Shown here piece by piece: positions 51,591 through 62,470 of a stretch of DNA of 64,000 bases. The notes beneath the pieces are model-generated. The model ran no database searches. It saw only the letters and a program-made list of their open reading frames with translations, and was not told the DNA's origin. Origin of the DNA: Oikopleura dioica (lineage: Eukaryota > Animalia > Chordata); contig OU015567.1 in assembly GCA_907165135.1 (NCBI GenBank), positions 13,020,001 through 13,084,000 on the forward strand, read 5' to 3'. The first letter of the stretch is position 1. Every line of letters starts with the position of its first letter. A program made the position numbers and the translations under genes.

Positions 51591-52309
51591 CAAGTACGGC
51601 CTCACTCTATTGATATTTCCGACATCGGAATATTCCCACTCTATTCTGTAGATTTCGTTCATCATTTTGTCTCTTTATTTTTCCGTTTTTTTTATTTGAG
51701 AAATTGATTATTTGCCGCTTTTTATATTTTCTAGCTCTGATTCATCTAATGGATAAGTACGGAAACTAAGCCCACTCAACTCGTGAGAATCTTCCTTTGC
51801 CTTTTTATTGTAAAAATAGTGTAGCCCGAAGTTACCGAAGAAATATTTTTTGGTAGTATTTAAATTTTAACTTCTCAATTGGAACAATTATCTAAATAAA
51901 TGATACATAATGCATCTTTACTCAAGGAGAGAGGGAAATTTTAGTCAGAATTGAAAATTCTTTGTCGATGAGTTTAGCTGAAATGAGGTCGGCTCATAAT
52001 TTTTTACAACCTTTTTAACAATTACTTGGTTTTTTTGTATTAGTGTATTGAGATTCTCAATTCGAGACCTTTTCTCATAAGAAGACGTTGCCGGGATAAT
52101 GCGTCAAGCACTCAAAAGAAGATCAGAGGAGACTTCGAAAAGTAGATTATTATTTATTTTGTTTGGTCAAATCAACTTTTTTCCAGGTCTGATTATTTTT
52201 CCTTCGTTTTCCGGTTTGACACCTATACCGACATAAAAAGAAGACTCACTTTCATTTCCTCATCATTTGCTTTTTACAAGATTTTCTTTCATCGAAATTT
52301 TTTTCAAAA

Positions 52310-52568
52310 ATGTCCGGCTCTGTAGAAATGAAGACTGCTGAAGCCTTGAAGCTGCAGAAACAAATCGTCCTGAACGCCTGTTCAACTAAAATGCTCTGGA
52401 TTTTTGGATGGTTCCTTCTCTTGTCGATTCTTTTTGTCTTCTGTGTTCTCGTGGTTAGTGTCAAGATGAAGCATGTAAATTTTCTATGACTATTTTAAGG
52501 ACATCGACATTCAGCAACAAGTGGAAATTCAACGCCTCCAGCAAGCATTCGAGACTTTCCGGGAATGA
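52310..52568 (+). CDS. Small single-pass membrane orphan, tandem copy 1
   Basis: MSGSVEMKTAEALKLQKQIVLNACSTKMLWIFGWFLLLSILFVFCVLV-(intron)-DIDIQQQVEIQRLQQAFETFRE*. Confidence 0.55.
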
Positions 52569-52985
52569 TTTTTATCTTTTCTTTGCTCTCATGTGTACTG
52601 AAACAGAATTCTAGTTGACTATGCTTAGCACATACGTTTCTTTCAATAAAAAAATCGAAAAAAATATCACTGAATCTTACTGACGAGTCTTACTGATAAA
52701 TTGAAGGGTTAATGAAAAGATAGACTGATTTGATGGTGAAAGTTAGAGTTGATCTTAAAGTTTAGTTATTATTTTTTGTTGACGACTTGCTTTATCGAGT
52801 TCGCTTTCGAAACTCCCGCTTCAGAAAAATCCGGATCGACCGAGATAGACTCGGCGCCGCAGAGATTTCAATTCTCGAAAGACAAAACTTTGCTCCGATA
52901 CGACGCACTTACTCATTTCATTCCGCACTTTCACGGAATCGAAGCAAGTCGAAAGTCGAGAAATCTTTTTTTTTGAAGAGAAACG

Positions 52986-53262
52986 ATGCAATCTGCCGAA
53001 GCAATCAGGCTACAAAAACAGATCTCCAAGAACGAGTGTCGCATTTGCACTCTCGGACTAATCGGGCTCATCATCTTGGCATGCGTTGGTTTTGCGATCT
53101 ACGTCCTTATCGTAATAATTAAAGAATTGAATCGGTCTTAATTGTTTTATTTAGATATCGGAGATGCAGCAACAGCAGGAGATTCAAGACCTCAAGGATG
53201 AGGCATTCAAACTCGAAGGAGCATGGGGACGGATGAAACTCCGCTACAATATTCGTAACTGA
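52986..53262 (+). CDS. Small single-pass membrane orphan, tandem copy 2
   Basis: MQSAEAIRLQKQISKNECRICTLGLIGLIILACVGFAIYVLI-(intron)-ISEMQQQQEIQDLKDEAFKLEGAWGRMKLRYNIRN*; same intron position and motifs as copy 1. Confidence 0.55.
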
Positions 53263-53384
53263 GTGATTCTCTCATTCATTCTTTGCCTGTTTTCGACTCA
53301 AATTTTCCTTTTGTCTCTTGAAATCGGCATTCTCGAGATAATTTCTTCTAATAGACGCCTTTTTCAGACGGTAATTCGGGCAAC

Positions 53385-53939
53385 ATGAACAGAAACAAAC
53401 CTTACGAGCAGCAACTACGAGAGAGGCAATATGAAGAGCATCTTCTCAAAATTCCGGCGATTTTAGCTGGAAAGCATAAAATCAAATTTTTTGATGACTC
53501 TGACGAGGAGGACGAGTGTGATTCGGACTGGTCTTCTTCAGACTCTGGCTCGGACGTGCCCGACTATGAAAAGTACTTTGGTCCGTTCCCAAGCTCTCCT
53601 GGAGAACCTTCATCATCAAAGACAACCCATGAGAAGCCTTCCGTGAAAAATGAGCCGCCAAAACCCACTCTACCAACAGAGGTCGCTTCCGAAGCAGATA
53701 AACGTCCTCCTCCTCCAGCAAAAATGGTCTTGCGATCATCTACAAAACGTAATCACAATCAGACAGCTGGGAGCGAAAAGAATGAAAGTAAAAAGAAGTG
53801 CAAGATGCTCTTCTCCACCGATCCACAGGTGATTTTCAGTTCTCATAACCTTTGTTTACTTTTTTTTTCTCAGAAAAAGAAACGCAAAACAACAACAAAA
53901 AGACAACAACGAGCCAACAACACCGATCGCTTCCTCTAA
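53385..53939 (+). CDS. Orphan low-complexity acidic/basic protein (3' end uncertain)
   Basis: 184-aa ORF with acidic Ser-rich tract and basic NLS-like KKRK; probable intron near 53829-53873. Confidence 0.4.
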   Translation: MNRNKPYEQQLRERQYEEHLLKIPAILAGKHKIKFFDDSDEEDECDSDWSSSDSGSDVPDYEKYFGPFPSSPGEPSSSKTTHEKPSVKNEPPKPTLPTEVASEADKRPPPPAKMVLRSSTKRNHNQTAGSEKNESKKKCKMLFSTDPQVIFSSHNLCLLFFSQKKKRKTTTKRQQRANNTDRFL

Positions 53940-54146
53940 TTGCAAGGAATGTTCAAAAGCAACCATCTTCTTTATTGGAGGCTCTATTAAATTTTATTCC
54001 AATTTATATAACTCGATGATGATGACACCGTTTACGATATTTTCGAGCGCGCATATAAAAAATTATATAAATTGGAGTAACAATCGACATAAAAGGAGGA
54101 GTAAGGAGTGCTTTCGAATCAAATTAGAAATAGAACAACCGTCAAA

Positions 54147-54419
54147 ATGAAGATCTTCTTTCTTTTTATCTCCCTGTGCTTTGCTCGAGGAATCAAGTCT
54201 GCTGGCTTCTCCCGCTACCACCTCGACGACCAAACCAGTTCCATGTCCGACTACAGTTCGATACCGATTGAAGCAACCCGTATCAACCGGATGGTCCTCC
54301 GATACGCTACAATGCAGGAGCAGTTTCAAAACAAAAACCTCATCTCTTCTCGTTTCGGCCAACAACAATTCAACCGCTACTTTTCAAAATATATACTGGA
54401 CAATAATCACGCACAATAA
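54147..54419 (+). CDS. Small putative secreted protein (90 aa)
   Basis: MKIFFLFISLCFARG signal-peptide-like N-terminus; single exon; AATAAA straight after stop. Confidence 0.45.
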   Translation: MKIFFLFISLCFARGIKSAGFSRYHLDDQTSSMSDYSSIPIEATRINRMVLRYATMQEQFQNKNLISSRFGQQQFNRYFSKYILDNNHAQ

Positions 54420-54571
54420 AATCTGCTTCCAATAAAAAATCTCTTCAAATTGACTCTGAATCATCCTTTTCAAGCTGCATTTGCCAAACCTTGCTCTTGG
54501 CAAATCCAGTGCGCAGAATTTTAACAATGAGTAAATAAATTCTTGAAAAAAATATAGGCCAAAAATGCAAA

Positions 54572-56539
54572 ATGTTTTTTCTAGCGACAATCTATTTTCT
54601 TAGCTTTGCCTATTCTTTCGGTCTCACTTATGAAGAGTTTATCGCACAGAAAGAGAAGGGAAACGCGTATTTACGAAAGCCAAAGTACAGAAATGGAATC
54701 TTGCAGCCGCCTAATTATGGAAAAAAGTCAGACTATGTCGAATTCGATCCCGAGAACATGTTCCACATGCACACAATTTTAGACGACTATCCCCTAGAAA
54801 CGGTTCCGTTCGAAATAATCATTTTCCTCCTTGATTCCTTACTTTTCTTTTGAAACCGTGAAAAGCAAAAATATATCAGACAAAATGACAGGCCCGAAGA
54901 ATAGCAGAGATGGGTTCAGTTGCACTTTTAAAAAGGCTTTTGTAAGGAATGGGGAAAAGCAGAAGATTTGGAATTGAAAGAAGTCCTTCCATTGACCATT
55001 CGGAACAAAAAGTTCTACGATATGGATGTTCAGGGCGGGGCTAGTGGATCCCTACGCACTGGACCAGCAATTGATCATACAACACTAAGCAAAGGTGGTA
55101 TTCTAAAATCGTTATTTTTCTGAACACTGTAATAAAGGTGGTGATGTTTTATACGCTCGAATGGCTCTTATAAGCTCAAAAGATGCTCTAATTGCGATAA
55201 CACCCACAATCGACTCGTCCAATATCCCGAATATGTGTCTATCTTTTTGGTACCTCGCATTCGGCAATAATGTTGGAGAGTTTTACGTCCTGATAAAAGA
55301 CATCAGCCAAAGCATGATGAACCTCGGCTCAACCATCTGGAGTCCTCTTTTCACCCTACGAACTGGAATATCTCGATCGAAAACAGACTGGCGGTACTCG
55401 CAGCACAACATCAAAACTGCCAATATCGAAATCTACAAAAGATGAACTTTCTTTTCGTCGCTGTCAAAGGAAGTGGATACGACGGAGACATTGCGATAGA
55501 CGATGTTTACCTGCGTCCTGGAAAATGTCAGCAAATCCCAACACCTAGAGAGCGGCCTAAATCCTCACTGGAAATTGAGAGGCAACGCGCATGGAAACCG
55601 ATTGGAACAACTCAAAAATCGAAAGTCACTAATCCCCCACTCCTTCCCTTTGCCACTCCCCCTTCAATGAAGTCAACAGCCATTCCTCGTTTGAGAGGAA
55701 GAAAAACTTGCACAAAAACAACTCTTCTTTATGATATTTTTAGGTATAAAATAGCTCATTATTTACATCATTTTTAAAATGTTTTAGCGATCGAAAATCA
55801 CTTTGCTGCGATGGCTTTCTTTTCTATCGAAGTGCAGGGAATGCCTGCTGCGCGAAAAGTGCATATAATACTAGAAAACAGATTTGCTGCGGGGAGGAAA
55901 TCTACGACAAGCGTAAATTCATCTGCTGCAACAACATGGCTTTCGACAAGAGCGAGTTCCACTGCTGTGATATCACAGCGTTGAAGAGAAAAGACAGCCC
56001 AGAGCGATGCTGCAGCGAGGAATTCGGAAAAGTTGTGACTTTTGATCCCACAAAAGGAGACAAGTGCTGCCGGGGAAAGACGCATTCCAAAACTCTCATC
56101 GCTGCAGAAGCTGGTAAAGATGCCGTCTGCTGCGGAGACGATTTCATAAAGAGCTCGGAGAAATCGCAACAATGTTGTGGAAAGAAAATCTTTGGCATAA
56201 AATATGACAAGCGTTTTCAAGCCTGCTGTGCGTCTCAGTAAGTCTGAAAGTCAAAATAATTTTTTTCAAATTTGATTTAGGACTGAGTCAAGTTTGTATA
56301 GTGCTCTTGCAGAGTCGTGCTGTGGCGGAAAAGTCATTTCAAAGTCCTCAACGAAATGTGTTCAAGACGAACAGGGCCTCGAATCCCCAGCACCGATGGA
56401 TATCCTAGACTATCTATCAAAAGGAAAACTTCCTCCGTGGCTTGCATGCACAGAATCTCGAATGGGAGATCGAGTAATGATGCCTGCTTCGTGCAGAAAA
56501 CCGCCCTTTAGATGGGAAGAAGTCTACGAAGATGACTAG
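54572..56539 (+). CDS. Secreted MAM-domain plus galaxin-like Cys-Cys repeat protein (two apparent 1-nt frameshifts)
   Basis: Signal-like N-terminus; MAM motifs CTF.KGFCKEW, TGPAIDHT, CLSFWY, GYDGDIAIDDV; repeats CCDG.., CCAKSAYNTRKQICCGEEIYDKRKFICCNN..FD...CC; frame breaks at 54930-54934 and 55437-55440. Confidence 0.8.
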
Positions 56540-56832
56540 AGAAATAATCATATAGTACCTCCTCTTCTCTCTTAAAAATAAATCTATACCTGTCGTTGTG
56601 CATTTCTCGTTTTCCATTCCATTAGAATCGTGATCCCGAAAAAATCATTAATTTGGTTTGAAGTTTGAGATTTCACGGCGCGATGAGGCTGCTTAGAGTT
56701 GTCGCAAAGGCTCATCCCTTTCTATCAAAAACAAATCCTTTTAGCGCGCTCCAAATCGTTAATTATGCGAGCATCACTTGTCAACTTGCTTTTTATTCAA
56801 TCATAAATATATACAGATAGATGACAGTTACT

Positions 56833-57400
56833 TTAAAAAGGAGGGAATACAACTAACACTCCAACGAAAAAACCAACCATAAACCCGAATCCTTTTGTTA
56901 CCAAAATGTTGTAACGATAGGCTTTGAACCATTGCTGTTTAGCAGAACCAATGCTTGTATAAAAAGGATTGCCAGAAGGACTGAGTCCTCTCTTGAAAAG
57001 AATATTCTTACTCTGAGTCTTCGTAACCATAGATGAAATTCTAGAGTAGATAAATACCCAAAGTACGGAATATAAAAGACACATTAGGATCGGTAATCGA
57101 AGTTGCTCAAAATTTTGAGTGTCCAGAAATCGCTCCTTTGTCAGCATTTCCATTCGCCAGCGGAACTTTTTCTCCATGTCTCTGGTCTCTTGGTTGTAGT
57201 ATTCGATGGCGTATGCGCGCTTGAAATTTCGCTCGAATTCTTTTCTCTTGCTTTCTTTGTTTGAGAAATAATCAGACATTGTTGGAATGATCGTATGCGA
57301 AATGGGACCGGCAGCTGTTTGGATCTGTTCCCGAGGATAAGAACTTACTGGAGCAAAAGCCCTTGTGTAAAAGGGTGCTGTAATAACTGAAACAAAAATA
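56833..57400 (-). CDS. Uncharacterised membrane protein, 3' exon (upstream exons probably to about 58140)
   Basis: 148-aa ORF with two hydrophobic segments (LPILMCLLYSVLWVFIY; GFMVGFFVGVLVVF). Confidence 0.45.
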
Positions 57401-59720
57401 GGATGTAAATCATATGTTGAACTTACTGGCTCCAGGCATCCCGAAAATTATTCCGGCCCAGAGTTTCTGTAAAACTGTTAATCTGGATCTTCTGTTCGAA
57501 TCTTCGTCTCCCATTTTCTATTTTCTCTTTTTCGTGGATATTCCTGAAAAAAATCAATTTACTGGATGGAAAATTCAAATTACTGGATTTTTTCTTTATT
57601 AGATAGAAATCTGATCTCTCTCTCTTTTCACTCTTTATTCCTACAGTTATCCTATCATATCTTTTACATTCGTTACCTTCTTAATTTGATAAAACTTTCA
57701 AACTAGCTTTGTTCCTGTGCTTCTAAGATATCTTTCTTTCGTGAGGTAAAAATATTTTATTGTCGCTCGAAGTAGTTTGAAATGTCAAAAAGCTCTACCG
57801 AAATGGTAAAGGTTGACATCATTCAGAATGATTAGAACAGACTGTTCTAAGTCAGAACTTTTTTGCTTTCAGCAACTGAGTTTCAAAAAAGTAAGGCCAA
57901 GTTGAATGTATAACTCTGAGAACCAGTTATCGTTCGTGTATCGCGCACAAATCCGAAGAAGTAATTTACAAAGGACTGATGGAAATTATGAGCTTTGGCT
58001 TCCCTTTCTGGGCGTGCTGGTGAGATTGCGGCGGCGACAGTGCGCTCGGCGAGTTTGAAAAAGCGCCGCAAAATCTGAAAATTAGCGCCGACTCTGAATT
58101 GAAAATATACATTTAATAGAGCCGGATTACGAAAAATCACACTTCATTCACACGCTCTATAATCGACTGTAATTACTCATGAGAGCCGAAAAGTTGAAAA
58201 GTACTGCTTTTATTTCTCTACTTAAAAGTAAACAAAAAACTGCTAGATGAATAAATTTAGATGAATTTCGGTTAAAGCGTGGAAATCGGCGCATGTTCCC
58301 GTGTGGATGGAACATGTCACCGGGACGAATCGTTGGGCAAATGATAAACAAGAATTCTAGCGCCCAAAATGTATCTTCGAAGATTTGAAGAAGCTCCACG
58401 AAATCCCCAGACAATGTTGTTTTGAAGATTATTTGAAGCAAGAAAAAGCGGGCCCAGATTAAACACGCACTTCATCAAAGTTGTCAGCATTCCTCAAGAT
58501 TATCAGAGTTATAAAAATGTTCTACGCTCAGAAAGCGGAATTAATATTATCGTAAATAACTACACTAACGTGCAATTCGCATTGTAAAGCATCACCATTT
58601 CGCATCGTCCATCATAATTTGCGCGAAAGCGGTAGTGGATATGAGACCTACAGACTCGCTGGAAAGCTTCTTTTTTGGATATTTTTTGGTCTTGAATTTA
58701 TAATTATGATTATCGAAGTATCCGAGGAAATTCACTAGTTGACAACATTGTATATCTTGGATTGGTAATCTCAATGTTTCCTACATAGAAAAGTATTAAT
58801 TTTCTCAAGAATTCGTAAGATTACGGTCTTCAATTTCTGCTCAAAATCTCATATATAAATGAGTGTTTTTCGTATTCCGAAATCGCAGAAGTATATTCAA
58901 GTGTTTTTGCGACGCTTATTCCTCATTTTCCTCCTCCAAATCTGACACGATAATTTGCTCAACACCGGTCGTCATCAAGTTTTTTCACACTCTGAAGAAA
59001 ACAAGTTTCCAGAGAACAAAAACCAGTGATCTTTCGTATCCAGCGAAGATAAGCTGCTCGAGTCCCCAATCCGATATTATAAAAAGGAAATTATCGAGGT
59101 GGATAATTTGCTTGACTTTTGGTGCATGGTGGCGCTGTTTTCGTCCTCGCGCAATAAGAAATCGCAACGGAGGAGATCAGAAAGAGATCATCCGCAGATT
59201 ATTGAAAAACAGTAAAGAACGATAAACTGGCTTCTTCATAAATTTCGGTAAGAATGAGGAAAGTCACCGATAAACACAATGATCATGATAACATTCTAAA
59301 ATTCCCTTCCTAACCCTTCCAAAATCAGTTTTATCGAGCTATTGATAATACTGCTGTTAAAAGAAATTGAACAATTTTTACCAAAATCATCAATATTTGC
59401 TTATTTAAAAAATACATGAGATCAGTAAAAGAGTGTTTGTTACTCAGCATGTCGGCTAAATTGTTCAGTTTAAAACTCGTTTGAGGCTCTTTAAATGCTC
59501 AATTTCCGGAGTCATGAAATTTGTCCACACAACAAAATCAGAATACAACTTGAAATCGGCGTTTTTAATCTGCCACTCGCGCCCGGTGACAGCCAAATGG
59601 CTACTTCCGGAAATCGCCATGCTTGATCCGTCTTATTTCGGACAAGTAGCGAGATGGACTTGTTAATGGGCCTCATTAACAATTTACTTTTTCAGAAGCG
59701 AAGTTACCTTGATCTCAAAA

Positions 59721-62147
59721 ATGGAACACGTTCCAGCGCAAATGCATCAGAAAATCACTTTTAGTCGGAAATACCGGTGAGTCAACATTCCCTTCTTTTC
59801 CTTATTTGAGCTTTTAGCCGATTAGATAAGCCGCCGTTCACATATGTGGCCCTAACCGCGCTCGCGATCCAGTCATCGCCCCAGAAACGCCTGAGACTTT
59901 CTGAGATCCTCAAGCGCATCTGCGAGATGTTTCCGTTCTTCAAAACAAGTTACGCTGGCTGGAAAGATTCCATCCGCCACAATCTAAGCAACAACAACTG
60001 TTTCGTGCTAGACCTGAAAGATCCTCGGAGAACGAATACAAAAGGTACTAAGACTCATCAAGATCAAGTCTCAATTAATGTCTAGGAAACTATTGGAGAG
60101 TGGATGTAGACAAAATATTGGAAGACAAACTTCGCCGGCAAAATACTTCAGTGTCGAGAAATGTTCAAGCTGGATTCACATACGCTTCCGATTTGCAAGA
60201 TGTTTTCTTCTTGCGAACTGGAAAAATTCGCCGAAAAACATCGGTGGAACTAACCGTCTCCACGGGAATAACGCCGCTCCTGCTGCAGCAAATAACAGAC
60301 ATACCTGGAGAGTCGATGGAGTTCTTTACAGAAGACGAAGCGCCATCGATTCAAGAAGTGATTGAAACACTCAAAAATGATGAAAACTTGGCGAGCTCTA
60401 ACTTTGCTGTGTCGCCATATCGAAAGAGAAAATCGCCATTTTCCCCGGATATTCCGTCGATGCCGCCTCAGTCGCTGTTTACACAATATTTTCCGACATG
60501 TATGCCGCAAAATCTGATATCGCCATCTCTTTTCCAACACTACATTTCGCAGCCTAAGCACGAGATTTCTCCTAGCTTGAATCATAAGCCTCCTTTCACT
60601 ACAGCTGCATTGACTATTTTCGCCTTTGTCGCTTTGAAACAGGATTCGGTGACCGGCTGGCAAATAGCGGAAAAGGTAAGCCACATCTGTATTAACGAAT
60701 GTCCAAAAATCTTTCATAGATTCGTAACTGTTTTCCATATTGGAATGAGCGAACAAAACTCTGCTCTCTACTACTTCAAATTACTGCGGCACTGACAAAT
60801 TTACCGGTAAAGATCTTTGCAAATCTAAACTTCTTACTATTTCCTAGGCATTGTTCTCACAAGATCGATTAAAAGTGGCACACTGGACTCTTAATCGCAG
60901 CGCCCTCGACGCGAACTCGATTTTTATGAACAAGATTCGTCTTGAAGACTTAGAAGACCTGTTCGTTGACAATCTTCTCGGTGTTATTCACGAATTTGAG
61001 TCCACACTTTCTTCCTTGTCTTCAAATGAGGTCTTCTCAGTTCTTTTGAGAAGAAAGAACGTCGATCATAGCAACTCTGATGATGAAAACTCAGCTTCAA
61101 CGGAAGGAAGCCCGAGTAAGATTCAACGAATAGCGTCTGACAGTCTTTCATCAATTTCTGGCTCTCAACTAGACTTTGCCATTCCTCGTGTTCAACAAAA
61201 TCAACAAATGCCTCTGTTCCGACCGAACATTTTACAGAACTCGTTGTACTTCAACTACTACCCGCCGTACCAGTCACTCCTTCCGCTTATGGCATCTCGA
61301 TTCGGTAATTTTTGATATTCTTTCTATGTTTAATCTCGACTTCAAGGCGTTGTACAGAAACAGGCTCAACAGTTACCCCTATCAGTAACCCAGCCGGAAT
61401 CGAAAGAAGAGGATAAAAGTACACGCGGCATGCAAAGCCTCCCTACTCATACTCTTCTATCGTCATGATTGCCTTGCTGACGGAGCCCTCAAGAGCACTA
61501 CCCCTGAGAGAAATCGTCCGTAGAATTTCAACGCTTTTTCCATTTTTTCGAGGGCCCTATCTTGGCTGGAAAGACTCCATTCGACATAACTTGAGCAGCT
61601 GTAGAAGCTTTGTCAAAAGGCCGAATAATAACAAGGGCGGATCGCTGTGGAGCTTTTTGCCTGAAACGGTTGAAACTGATAGACTTTTACGACAAAATAC
61701 TTATGTCGGTAAGATTTTGCTAATTTAACATGACTTGGCAGAGTTGCGTCGGTACTCAGAGTAATTTTCCTTGAAGCCAGCTGAATTCTGGCAAATTTGC
61801 GAGTATAAAAATGACAACAAAAAGATCGAAGAGATTTTAAATTGTTGTTTATAGCGCGTACCAGCTTGGATAATGGCCTGAGATTCGTCCGGGATTTGCG
61901 ACAAAGGATCGACTTTGCAACTGGAAATCTAACTGAGGAGGCCGTTGATTATCTTGAAAAGGTAAAGGTCAACGTCATTTAGTTTCATGGCCATTTTTAG
62001 CTGAACTTTCAAACTGGATTGGAAGGCATTCTTTTTGAAGACGCCATAGGCACAGAAACAGATGTAGAAGTAGAAGACAAAGATTGGAAAACCTCGACAA
62101 CGAGTCTGTCAGAAGTATTTGAAACGATTGCAACTCGCTTGACGTAG
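59721..62147 (+). CDS. FOXH: FoxH-like transcription factor, predicted with three forkhead domains in one ORF
   Basis: FH1 [19 protein letters not shown]...[25 protein letters not shown]...[15 protein letters not shown] (FoxH1-like); FH2 degenerate [10 protein letters not shown]...IRNCFPYW...HWTL; FH3 AKPPYSY...[21 protein letters not shown]...LLRQNT; joined in frame by 41-44 bp introns plus one A-run frameshift at 61415-61418. Confidence 0.75.
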
Positions 62148-62470
62148 TCGCTGTCCATTTGATAATTATATATGTAGTAACTTATTATGTACACATCTTT
62201 TGTTGTCAAATAAATATGTAAGATAGTCTAAAAGAGTGGCTGCGCGAAAATATGTGGGAAAGCATTTCCCGAAGGTTGAAGAGGCAATAAATGCTTACTT
62301 CGTATGAACGCTAATTGATTAACCTTGGGAAAGTGGATTCTGAGAAAACCCAGAATTGGATAGTTCAATTAAATAATTTTACAACCATGTTTATTCATTA
62401 TTCCCGAGGAAGCTAAAATGTCATTTTATTTATTTATTAGAAAAATAGAACTCTTTATTATAAAAATTTA

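Noticed and set aside
61330-62147. Second, independent FoxH gene
   Set aside because: No in-frame ATG for the FH3 unit, and a canonical 42-bp intron links it in frame to the upstream exon; kept only as an alternative model
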